The notes below the pieces were generated by a model, which was not told where the DNA came from, did no database searches, and worked only from the letters and a program-made list of their open reading frames with translations. Both the position numbers and the translations under genes were made by a program. Positions 1 through 8,225 of a DNA stretch of 64,000 bases are shown here, piece by piece. Origin of the DNA: an uncultured Candidatus Saccharibacteria bacterium (GTDB taxonomy: Bacteria; Patescibacteriota; Minisyncoccia; UBA6257). The stretch is from positions 80,642 to 144,641 of the forward strand of contig CAYZJA010000001.1 in assembly GCA_964479005.1 (NCBI GenBank), read 5' to 3'. How positions within the stretch are numbered: position 1 is the stretch's first letter; each line of letters starts with the position of its first letter.

Positions 1-1
1 G

Positions 2-844
2 GCTCCAACAGAGAGCCCAGAATTAAAAGAGCCTTCTTTTATAGTTTTATTTTCAGCTACTGAGCTTCAGCAAGGAAATACATTAATTATTATGGCAGAG
101 AATATTCCTGAGGGGGAAAAAATTACGGGAAAATTTAACGGTAAATCATTTGATTTTTTTCCAGTTAAACCAGAAGGAAAATGGAGAGCTCTTTTGGGAA
201 TTGATGCAAAAAAAGCTCCTGGAGAATATTCTTTATCAGTTTTTCTTTCTGATGAATCAGAAATCAAAGAAACAATAACAGTAAAAAAGAGCAACTTTCC
301 TGTAACCAAAATTGTAATAACGCCAGAACTGGAAGAAAAGGGTTTTACTGCATCAAATATAGCAGGAAATATTGCTACTAAAGACGGGGTTATTATTTAT
401 GGGGTTTTAGAAAAATATAGTTCTATGGCATATTTTAACCAGAGTTTTATTTATCCGTTTGAGGAAATAATAAACGTGGGCGCTTTTGGAAACATTAGAA
501 AAGACGGAAAGATTACAATTCAGCATTTGGGAGTGGATTTAGATGCTGTTGAGGGGACATCAGTTTATGCGATTAATAATGGTAGAGTAGTTTTTGTTGA
601 AGAATTAACAGTTTTTGGTAATACAATTATTATAGATCATGGCTTAGGAATTTATTCTTTATATTTACATCTTTCTGAATTTAAAGTTTTGGAAGGAGAA
701 ATACTGGAAAGGGGAGAATTAATTGGACTTTCTGGAAACACTGGTTGGTCAGTAGGGCCTCATTTACATCTTTCCATAAAAGTAAATGGAGCAAGCGTTG
801 ATCCTTTGGAGTTTATTAGAACGGTTGATGAATTTTTGAAATAG
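2..844 (+). CDS. M23/LytM-family metallopeptidase; reading frame is open back to position 2, so the 5' end is probably outside the window (first in-window ATG at 92)
   Basis: C-terminal IIDHGLGIYSLYLHLS...GNTGWSVGPHLHLSI matches the HxxxD / HxH zinc site of peptidase M23. Confidence 0.8.
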   Translation, partial: APTESPELKEPSFIVLFSATELQQGNTLIIMAENIPEGEKITGKFNGKSFDFFPVKPEGKWRALLGIDAKKAPGEYSLSVFLSDESEIKETITVKKSNFPVTKIVITPELEEKGFTASNIAGNIATKDGVIIYGVLEKYSSMAYFNQSFIYPFEEIINVGAFGNIRKDGKITIQHLGVDLDAVEGTSVYAINNGRVVFVEELTVFGNTIIIDHGLGIYSLYLHLSEFKVLEGEILERGELIGLSGNTGWSVGPHLHLSIKVNGASVDPLEFIRTVDEFLK

Positions 845-933
845 CGAAACAAAAGGTCGAAAATTAATCGAAAATGAAATCTGTTTGGAGGTTGGGCCTC
901 GCATTATTCTTTTTAAAATGATAATCTTAATAT

Positions 934-1545
934 ATGAGATTAGTTTTAAAAAATAAATACTTCTTACTAAGGCACGGAAAAACTATTCATCAAGCAGAGA
1001 AGGAGGATATTGTTTATTACCATCCTGATGATAATCCTGCTTGTGCTTTATTAGAGAAAGGAATAAAGGAAGCTCAGCTAGCTGGGGAAGCACTAAAAGA
1101 AAAAAACATCGATTTAATATTTTCATCAGATATTTTAAGAACAAAACAGACAGTTAAAATTGTTGCTGAATTAATTAACTATGATCTAGAGAAAGTAGTT
1201 TATGATGTAAGGTTAAGAGATGTTAATTGGGGAATATTTGGAGGAAAGAGTGAAGAAGAAGCTTGGTCATACTATAACAATGATATGATGAACAAGTTTG
1301 AATCAAGTGTTCCTCAAGGAGAGAGCTGGAATCAGTGCAGAGAAAGGATGGTTGAAGTTTTAAAGGAAATTGAAAATAATTTTGCAAATAAGAATATTTT
1401 AATAGTTTCTCATGGAGATCCTTTATGGCTTTTAGAAGGATATATTAAAGGAAAAAGTAATGAAGAATTGGTTTTTGGAAAGAATAGAAAAAAAGATATT
1501 AAAACCGGGGAAATAAGAGAAATTAATAATCAAACCAAAAAGTAA
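934..1545 (+). CDS. histidine phosphatase (phosphoglycerate-mutase-like) family protein
   Basis: N-terminal LLRHGKT catalytic RHG motif; SSDILRTKQT; VSHGDP near the C-terminus. Confidence 0.65.
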   Translation: MRLVLKNKYFLLRHGKTIHQAEKEDIVYYHPDDNPACALLEKGIKEAQLAGEALKEKNIDLIFSSDILRTKQTVKIVAELINYDLEKVVYDVRLRDVNWGIFGGKSEEEAWSYYNNDMMNKFESSVPQGESWNQCRERMVEVLKEIENNFANKNILIVSHGDPLWLLEGYIKGKSNEELVFGKNRKKDIKTGEIREINNQTKK

Positions 1546-1552
1546 GAATTAA

Positions 1553-1903
1553 TTGGGAAATAAAAATATGTCGAAAATGACTATAAAAGAAGCTCAAGAA
1601 ATTGTTGATAAATGGATTAACACAACCGGGGTGCGATATTTTTCTGAACTTACAAATTTAGCTCAATTGGTTGAGGAAGTAGGTGAGGTTGCTCGAGTTA
1701 TGTCCAGAACTTATGGTGATCAGAGTTTTAAGAAATCAGAAGAGGGTAAAAAATTAGCCGATGAATTGGCGGATGTACTTTTTGTACTTATATGTCTTGC
1801 CAACCAAACGGGTGTTGATTTGACAGAAGCACTTCAGGGGAATATTGAGAAAAAGACAAAAAGAGACAAAGATCGGCATCGAAATAATCCAAAATTAAAA
1901 TAA
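1553..1903 (+). CDS. MazG-like nucleoside triphosphate pyrophosphohydrolase domain protein
   Basis: EVGEVARVM...ELADVLFVLICLANQTGVDL resembles the EExxE / ExxD helices of the MazG fold. Confidence 0.55.
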   Translation: MGNKNMSKMTIKEAQEIVDKWINTTGVRYFSELTNLAQLVEEVGEVARVMSRTYGDQSFKKSEEGKKLADELADVLFVLICLANQTGVDLTEALQGNIEKKTKRDKDRHRNNPKLK

Positions 1904-1977
1904 AAAACGTCAAAAATTAATTGAAAATTAAAATGCCCAAGGATAAGCTTATCCTTGGGCGGTGATAGTGGGATTTA

Positions 1978-2214
1978 TTATTTCTTTTCATGATAAACTA
2001 CCATAAAGATTGCAAATATTGCTACGAGCAAATAAATAGTAAAATCCGAGCTCATTATACCAATATTTTTGACCGTTAATCTTTCTATTGAAGAAAACAT
2101 AATGATAATACAACAGACAAGAGATGTTACAATAGAAATTATAAGCAGAATTGTCAAAGACGCTAACACACGAGAGAAAATCTTCTCAATTTTAAAAGGA
2201 AAAAATTCTTTCAT
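1978..2214 (-). CDS. small hydrophobic membrane protein, unknown function
   Basis: 78 aa with two predicted TM helices; AAGGAGG RBS upstream on the minus strand; shares its upstream module with the gene at 2357-2560. Confidence 0.4.
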   Translation of the reverse strand: MKEFFPFKIEKIFSRVLASLTILLIISIVTSLVCCIIIMFSSIERLTVKNIGIMSSDFTIYLLVAIFAIFMVVYHEKK

Positions 2215-2356
2215 TGATCCCTTCCTCCTTCTTATTTATTAAATCTTTTATCAAAGATTTTAATATACTATTTGTACAAAATAATACCATAAACTATTGG
2301 TTAGAAAACTTAAAAGATTATGAAAGTAGGGACAAGGAGAGCTAGAGAACTGGCTA

Positions 2357-2560
2357 TTAGCCTCCTTGTCGCCCGTGAGTTATTAAAAGAATTTTTTGTT
2401 TTTCGATTTCTATTTCAATCGTATTTAGTCCACCGTGGGTACTATCTGAGTAACCCTTGCCAGATCCGCAAACTGGACACGCTCCATCTTTCCAAAGTTT
2501 ATGATGGGTTTTGTATAAGCAATGGCTGCATCTCCAGATCCTTTTAGGTACATTTTGCAT
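2357..2560 (-). CDS. small zinc-ribbon protein, unknown function
   Basis: CSHC...CPVC; two CxxC pairs about 15 aa apart. Preferred over the overlapping plus-strand ORF 2320-2547, which has no motif. Confidence 0.4.
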   Translation of the reverse strand: MQNVPKRIWRCSHCLYKTHHKLWKDGACPVCGSGKGYSDSTHGGLNTIEIEIEKQKILLITHGRQGG

Positions 2561-2781
2561 TTGCTTTCACTCCTTCTTTTTTCTCTTTTTATTAGATTTT
2601 AAGATGTCAATATGCTATTTGTATAAGATGATACCATTAATTATAATAAAGGTCAAGTTCGTAAAAGGTAAAAATTAATGGAATATAAAATAATAGTTAG
2701 ACTTTCTAATGTATTAGATTTTTGAAAAATCTGGTATAATTGAAAAGGTCGTTAACATTAATAAATAATTCTTAATAAATT

Positions 2782-3060
2782 ATGGCAGAAGTTATTAAAA
2801 AAAATGGAATGAAAGAACCATTTGATCCTGAAAAAATTAAAAAATCAATTGCTGGTGCTGCTCAACAGGCTGATGTCCCAGAAGAGAGAAAAGACGAAGT
2901 AGTATATGAAGTGGCAGGAACAGTAATCCCTATGTTTGAAGGTAAAGAGGAAATTGATACAAGTGATATTAAGAAAGCTATTCTTAGTGAGTTGGATAGG
3001 GTTGAACCGGCTGTAGCTAGTGCTTGGAGAAAATATGAGGAAGGTAAAAGGAAAGTTTAA
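2782..3060 (+). CDS. stand-alone ATP-cone domain protein
   Basis: VIKKNGMKEPFDPEKIKKSI... is the canonical start of ATP-cone domains (NrdR / RNR regulatory domain). Confidence 0.5.
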   Translation: MAEVIKKNGMKEPFDPEKIKKSIAGAAQQADVPEERKDEVVYEVAGTVIPMFEGKEEIDTSDIKKAILSELDRVEPAVASAWRKYEEGKRKV

Positions 3061-3257
3061 TAAAGAAGGATGAAAGGCGTCCCAATGGGGCGCTTTTCAA
3101 TTTAGGTAAAAAAGAAATTAAAGTAATCTTTATTATCTATTACTTTTTCTACTTTTTAATTCCTTTATTAGCTAAGATATTAATTATATTATATACTTAT
3201 ATATAATTTTAATAAACTAATCTTTATAAAAAGCTAAAAATTAAGGGAGAATTTATT

Positions 3258-3464
3258 ATGGAATGTCAAAAAGAAGAAAATTTAAAAAGTTGTCCTTGTA
3301 CTTATCCTGATTGTCCAAGAAAAGGCATTTGTTGTGAGTGTATAAAATATCATTTGGCGCGCAATGAATTGCCAGCTTGTTGTTTTTCAAAGGAAGCAGA
3401 AAAGACTTTTGATCGTTCCTTTGAAATGTTTATTAAAAATCAAAAAGGCAAATTGAAAGAATAG
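3258..3464 (+). CDS. Cys-rich small protein, putative metal-binding
   Basis: 10 Cys in 68 aa: CPCTYPDCPRKGICCECIKYH...ACC. Confidence 0.45.
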   Translation: MECQKEENLKSCPCTYPDCPRKGICCECIKYHLARNELPACCFSKEAEKTFDRSFEMFIKNQKGKLKE

Positions 3465-3533
3465 AGAAGATAATAAGCATTTTATGTTAAAATATATTAA
3501 AAGGTCGGAAATTAATTAAAGAAATTAAATACT

Positions 3534-3698
3534 ATGAAAAAAGAATTTCCTTATCAAATTCATATGGCCCTTGGACTCATTTGGCTTTTTGTTGGGGTAG
3601 TTTTTCATTCAGGAATTGAGTTAGCTATTTGGGTCGCTGGAGGATTAGTGATGGTAACAATTGGTTTTTTAAACAAAAAAGGCAAAGAAAATCATTAG
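3534..3698 (+). CDS. small membrane protein (54 aa), not in the supplied ORF track
   Basis: ATG at 3534 sits 33 nt downstream of an AAAAGGTCGG motif. Encodes MKKEFPYQIHMALGLIWLFVGVVFHSGIELAIWVAGGLVMVTIGF, two TM helices, stop TAG at 3696. Confidence 0.35.
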   Translation: MKKEFPYQIHMALGLIWLFVGVVFHSGIELAIWVAGGLVMVTIGFLNKKGKENH

Positions 3699-3721
3699 TA
3701 GGTAAAAATAGTAAAAATAAT

Positions 3722-3943
3722 ATGAATAATAAAATCTTAAAAGCCCTAAGAGAAGATTTAATTGGGGAATTAGGGGCTATTAATCAATATCAGGAGCATA
3801 TTGATGAAATTGATGATGAAGAGGCCAAAAAAGTATTAAGTCATATTAGAGATGATGAAAAAGAGCATGTCGCTGAGTTAATTAAGATAATTAGAAAATT
3901 AGATACTACACAGGAAGAAAAGTTCCAGAAAGAAGAGCTCTAA
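3722..3943 (+). CDS. ferritin-like / rubrerythrin-like four-helix-bundle small protein; start moved to internal ATG 3722
   Basis: ELGAINQYQEHID...DDEKEHVAELI gives paired E...ExxH helices typical of ferritin-like diiron folds. The upstream part of ORF 3629 overlaps the small membrane ORF. Confidence 0.35.
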   Translation: MNNKILKALREDLIGELGAINQYQEHIDEIDDEEAKKVLSHIRDDEKEHVAELIKIIRKLDTTQEEKFQKEEL

Positions 3944-3948
3944 ATCAT

Positions 3949-4239
3949 ATGGTAGGAAAATCTGAAAAATATTGGTCTAAAGAAGTTACTTTAAAGAGTC
4001 GCGCTTTAGTCTTAGAAGAGGGTGTTTTTACTTGGCAAGATCCAAAACATATTGCTCAATCGCTGAAAAAATCAGCTGAAGAAAGTACTGAGCGAAAGGG
4101 AACACCGCTTCAATCAGCGATGTCAATGCTTAATTTTTATATTAACCGCGCTGGTAAAAACCTTGATTCAAAGCAACGCAAGATTTTGGAACAAGCCAAA
4201 AAAGAATTGAGAATAGTTTTTGGAAAAAATAAAGAATAA
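3949..4239 (+). CDS. DUF3175-like small protein
   Basis: SAMSMLNFYINRAGKNLDSKQRKILEQAK resembles the conserved core of DUF3175, from memory. Confidence 0.4.
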   Translation: MVGKSEKYWSKEVTLKSRALVLEEGVFTWQDPKHIAQSLKKSAEESTERKGTPLQSAMSMLNFYINRAGKNLDSKQRKILEQAKKELRIVFGKNKE

Positions 4240-4251
4240 TTAATAAAAAAG

Positions 4252-5253
4252 ATGAAGAAAGGAAGTAATATTAATAAAGGCGAGATTGTTATTTATCGTC
4301 CCAAAAGTGGTGAAGTTGAAGTAAAAGTTAAATTGGAGAAAGAAACAATTTGGTTAACGCAAGCGCAAATTGCTTCACTTTTTGGTACAAAAAGACCAGC
4401 AATTACCAAGCACCTTAGTAATATTTTTAAAAGCGGGGAATTAGATAAAAATTCAGTATGTTCCATTTTGGAACATACTGCCGCTGATGGAAAAACGTAT
4501 AAAACCAAGTTTTATAATTTAGACATAATTATTTCTGTTGGCTATAGAGTGAATTCTAAAAGAGCGACACAGTTTAGGGTTTGGGCAACAAGAGTTTTAA
4601 AACAGCATATTCTTCAGGGTTACACCATTAATCAAAGGCGTTTATTAGAAACCAGGTCCAAGTTTAAAGAATTGCAGAATGCCATTGCTTTTTTACGGGA
4701 AAAATCAAGCAAGAAAACACTTAAAGGACAGGAAAAAGAGATATTAGATTTATTAGGTAATTATGCTAAAACACTGACTATTTTAAGGCAGTATGATAAA
4801 GGAAGAGTGCGGAAGTCAAAGGGTATGGAGGCTAAGTTTGTTTTAAGATATGATAATTGCAAGAATATTATCGTTGTATTAAAGAAAAATTTAATAGCAG
4901 AAAAAAAGGCTAGTGGTTTTTTTGGCGTTGAGACTGAAAGTAAATTTGAAGGTATAGCTAAAAATTTATACCAGACATTTGATAGAAAAATATTGTATAA
5001 AACTATTGAGGAAAAAGCAGCGCATTTACTTTACTTTACTATTAAAGATCATCCATTTGTAGATGGTAACAAGCGAATTGCTTCGTTTTTGTTTGTTTAT
5101 TTCTTAGATAAAAATGATTATCTTTATCGTAAGAATGGTGAGAAGAAAATAAATGATAATGCTTTAGTTGCTTTAGCTCTCTTGGTTGCAGTAAGTGATT
5201 CTAAAGAAAAAGATATTTTGATTAAAATAATCATAAATCTTATAAATACTTAA
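4252..5253 (+). CDS. RhuM-family virulence protein fused to a Fic/Doc domain
   Basis: N-terminus (IWLTQAQIASLFGTKRPAITKHL...YNLDIIISVGYRVNSKRATQFRVWATRVL) is RhuM-like. C-terminal HPFVDGNKRIASFL matches the Fic motif HPFx(D/E)GNGR. Confidence 0.75.
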   Translation: MKKGSNINKGEIVIYRPKSGEVEVKVKLEKETIWLTQAQIASLFGTKRPAITKHLSNIFKSGELDKNSVCSILEHTAADGKTYKTKFYNLDIIISVGYRVNSKRATQFRVWATRVLKQHILQGYTINQRRLLETRSKFKELQNAIAFLREKSSKKTLKGQEKEILDLLGNYAKTLTILRQYDKGRVRKSKGMEAKFVLRYDNCKNIIVVLKKNLIAEKKASGFFGVETESKFEGIAKNLYQTFDRKILYKTIEEKAAHLLYFTIKDHPFVDGNKRIASFLFVYFLDKNDYLYRKNGEKKINDNALVALALLVAVSDSKEKDILIKIIINLINT

Positions 5254-5285
5254 TTTTTAAATTTAAAAAGATAATTAATAAAAAT

Positions 5286-5999
5286 ATGAAATTAGATAAA
5301 AAAGTAGCTTTAGTAACAGGCGGTTCAAATGGCATTGGAAAAGCTATTGCCCAGAGATTTTTAGATGAAGGAGCAAAGGTTATAATCTTTGATATTGTAA
5401 AACCAGATTATGATGTGAATTTTTATAAAGTTGATATAAGTAAAGAGGAACAAATCAGAAAAGCGTTTGAGAAAATTGAAGAATTAGATATTGTTGTTAA
5501 TAACGCTGGAATTTATTTTCAAGCATCTGTTGAAGAAACATCAGGCGAACAATTAGACAAAATGATGGATGTAAACTTTAAAGGAGCATATTTGATTTCT
5601 AAATACGCGCTTCCTTTGGTTAGAAAAAACAAAGGAAATATTATCAATATTTCTTCTGCCATTGGAATTGCACCTGAGCCAGGATCTCCAGCTTATTGTT
5701 CATCTAAAGCAGCGATAATAATGCTTACTAAATGTATGGCTCAGGAATATGCTGCAGAAGGAATAAGAGTAAATGTGATATTACCAGGACCTATAGATAC
5801 TCCATTATTGAGAAGAGTTCTTTCTTCTGATGAAGCGATTCATAAGTATGCTGAGTTAAATCCCATGAGAAGAATTGGAAAACCTCAAGATGTTGCAAAT
5901 GTGGCAGTCTTTTTGGCTTCAGATGAAGCAGGTTATGTAACTGGTGGAATATATTCAGTGGATGGCGGAGAATCCAGTTCTAGCCGATATTCAAAATAA
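5286..5999 (+). CDS. short-chain dehydrogenase/reductase (SDR) family oxidoreductase
   Basis: TGGSNGIGKAIA Rossmann motif, NNAG, catalytic S...YCSSK. Confidence 0.85.
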   Translation: MKLDKKVALVTGGSNGIGKAIAQRFLDEGAKVIIFDIVKPDYDVNFYKVDISKEEQIRKAFEKIEELDIVVNNAGIYFQASVEETSGEQLDKMMDVNFKGAYLISKYALPLVRKNKGNIINISSAIGIAPEPGSPAYCSSKAAIIMLTKCMAQEYAAEGIRVNVILPGPIDTPLLRRVLSSDEAIHKYAELNPMRRIGKPQDVANVAVFLASDEAGYVTGGIYSVDGGESSSSRYSK

Positions 6000-6046
6000 G
6001 AACCTGCTTCGCAGAACCTTGTTTTTCATTTCATTCAAAATAACAA

Positions 6047-6424
6047 TTGAAAAATATTATGCTTAAATTAACAATTTTTGAAGCATTATTGATTACCCAC
6101 GTTCTAGTAGATTGGATATTTCAATGGAAGTGGGAGGCGATGAATAAATCTAAAAAATGGTTGCCTTTATTTTTTCATTGCGCAGTTTATACAATAGGTT
6201 TTATTCCAGTGTTTTTGATATATAAAATTAATTTAATTTGGTTAATTTTATTGTTTGTTTCTCATGTTGTTTTTGACAGACGGAAATTTGAGGTATGGTT
6301 GTTAGAAAGTTTTAAGGGAATCACCAAAAAAGACACACCCGAATCTCTTTGGAGGATATTGTTGATTGGAACTGACCAAATTTTACATATTGTAATTTTA
6401 ACATTGGTAGTTATATTTAATTAA
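6047..6424 (+). CDS. integral membrane protein (DUF3307-like)
   Basis: Four hydrophobic segments with conserved His/Asp (HVLVDWIFQ, FHCAVY, SHVVFD). Confidence 0.35.
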   Translation: MKNIMLKLTIFEALLITHVLVDWIFQWKWEAMNKSKKWLPLFFHCAVYTIGFIPVFLIYKINLIWLILLFVSHVVFDRRKFEVWLLESFKGITKKDTPESLWRILLIGTDQILHIVILTLVVIFN

Positions 6425-6577
6425 CAAAAAAATATGAAAAATGATTTTATAAAATATTTATTCTTGTTTATTATTGGAATGTTAGGAGTTTTTGTTGGTA
6501 GAAGGATGGCGATTAAAAGAATGATAAAAAAATCTTCGTCAGATAAGGAAGATATGGTATAGTAATAAAAGAAAGAT

Positions 6578-7363
6578 TTGTATATGTCCCAATATTACAA
6601 TTCACAAAGAACGCATGGATTATATGATTCTGCTTCAAAAGAGCCGTTTAAAATTTCGCGGTCAAAAATTGATTTGTTTTTGCAATGTCCGCGATGTTTT
6701 TATTTGGACAGAAAATTGGGAGTCGCGCGGCCGCCAGGATTTCCATTTGCTTTAAATAGCGCTGTTGATACTTTACTAAAACAGGAATTTGATATTTATC
6801 GCGCTAAAGGCGCAAAACATCCTTTTATGGAAACTTATAAGGTTGATGCTGTTCCTTTTAAACATGAAAAGCTTGAAGAATGGCGTGATGCAAGAACAAG
6901 GGGAATAACTTATCTCCACAAACCAACAGATTTATTAATTACTGGTGGCATTGATGATATTTGGGTAAATTCTAAAGGAGAATTAATTATTGTTGATTAC
7001 AAGGCAACATCAAAGAACGGAGAAGTGAGTTTAGACGCTGATTGGCAGATTAGCTATAAAAGACAAATGGAAATATATCAGTGGTTGTTTAGAAAAAACG
7101 GATTTAAAGTTTCTGATACTGGATATTTTGTTTATTGTAACGGTAAAACAGATGTAAAAGTTTTTGATAATAAATTGGAATTTGATGTCACTTTAATAGC
7201 ATATAAAGGTGATGATTCTTGGATAGAAAAAACTATTTCTGATATTCATAAATGTTTGAATAATGATAAAATTCCAAAAGCAGACGCTGATTGTGATTAT
7301 TGTAACTATGTTGAATCAGTAAAATCTAAAACAATAGAATCTAAAAACGGAACATTGTTTTAG
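6578..7363 (+). CDS. stand-alone Cas4/RecB-like PD-(D/E)XK nuclease with Fe-S cysteines
   Basis: N-terminal QCPRCFY plus C-terminal CDYCNY give four Cys. Motif II GGIDDIW, motif III IVDYKAT, Q-h-x-x-Y RQMEIYQW. No CRISPR array in the window. Confidence 0.6.
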   Translation: MYMSQYYNSQRTHGLYDSASKEPFKISRSKIDLFLQCPRCFYLDRKLGVARPPGFPFALNSAVDTLLKQEFDIYRAKGAKHPFMETYKVDAVPFKHEKLEEWRDARTRGITYLHKPTDLLITGGIDDIWVNSKGELIIVDYKATSKNGEVSLDADWQISYKRQMEIYQWLFRKNGFKVSDTGYFVYCNGKTDVKVFDNKLEFDVTLIAYKGDDSWIEKTISDIHKCLNNDKIPKADADCDYCNYVESVKSKTIESKNGTLF

Positions 7364-7368
7364 AAAAT

Positions 7369-7848
7369 ATGAAAAAACAAAATCTTTTAATTGGTTCAAT
7401 AGTTATTCTGATATTGGTCTTAGTAGGAGTTATTGGGTATTTTATTATTGGACAAGAAAAAACCATGACAGTAAAGATATTTTTTGGAAATATTAAAGAA
7501 GATCCAGAAGTTCTAAATTGCGAGAAAGTTTATTCTGTAGAAAGGCAGGTTCTTAAAAGCAAAGCAATAATTCAAGCATTAGAAGAACTTTTAAAAGGTC
7601 CAACTGTAGAGGAACAAGAAAAAGGATATTTAACTAATATTAATTCTGGCGTGAATATTAATAATTTGATTGTAAAAAATAATGTAGCTAGAGTTGATTT
7701 TGATGAACAATTAGAATTTCAAGTAGGAGGGTCTTGTCGGGTAATGGCTATTCGTTCTCAAATTACTGGAACTCTAGTACAATCTTCTGAAATTAATGAT
7801 GTTATAATTTCTATTAATGGTCGTATTGAAGATATTTTACAACCTTAA
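7369..7848 (+). CDS. GerMN-domain lipoprotein/membrane-anchored protein
   Basis: N-terminal TM segment then VKIFFGNIKEDPEVLNC...ALEELLKGPTVEEQEKGY, typical GerMN. Confidence 0.55.
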   Translation: MKKQNLLIGSIVILILVLVGVIGYFIIGQEKTMTVKIFFGNIKEDPEVLNCEKVYSVERQVLKSKAIIQALEELLKGPTVEEQEKGYLTNINSGVNINNLIVKNNVARVDFDEQLEFQVGGSCRVMAIRSQITGTLVQSSEINDVIISINGRIEDILQP

Positions 7849-7857
7849 ATATATCAA

Positions 7858-8085
7858 ATGCTAATTAAAGTTAAAGTTTTCTCGCATTCAAAGAAGCGAG
7901 GAATAATTAAAAAAACTGAAGATAGTTTTGAAGTAAGAGTAAAAGTAAAGCCATTGCAAGGTCAGGCAAATAAAGAAGCAATTAAAGTTCTGGCAGAATA
8001 TTTTGAAATTCCAGAATCAGATATAAGATTGATTAAAGGATTTAGGCACACAAATAAAGTTTTTACAATATCAGAAATTAAATAA
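7858..8085 (+). CDS. DUF167 / YggU-family protein
   Basis: 75 aa; VKVKPLQGQANKEAIKVLAEYF matches the UPF0235 core. Confidence 0.55.
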   Translation: MLIKVKVFSHSKKRGIIKKTEDSFEVRVKVKPLQGQANKEAIKVLAEYFEIPESDIRLIKGFRHTNKVFTISEIK

Positions 8086-8225
8086 ATTTATGAAAAAGGA
8101 GATTAAAATTAGAAGAAAAGTGCATACGCCGTTGCGCCGTCCGCCTCGTTTAAGTGGGAAAAGGCATAAATTTGGAATAAAGCCAATTAAGAAAAAAGCA
8201 AAAGGTCGGAAATAACAATTAAAAT

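Noticed and set aside
2320-2547. Plus-strand ORF (75 aa) overlapping the minus-strand zinc-ribbon ORF
   Set aside because: No motif and poor start context. The minus-strand frame has two CxxC pairs and an RBS-like AAGGAG upstream, so the minus-strand gene is preferred. This remains uncertain.
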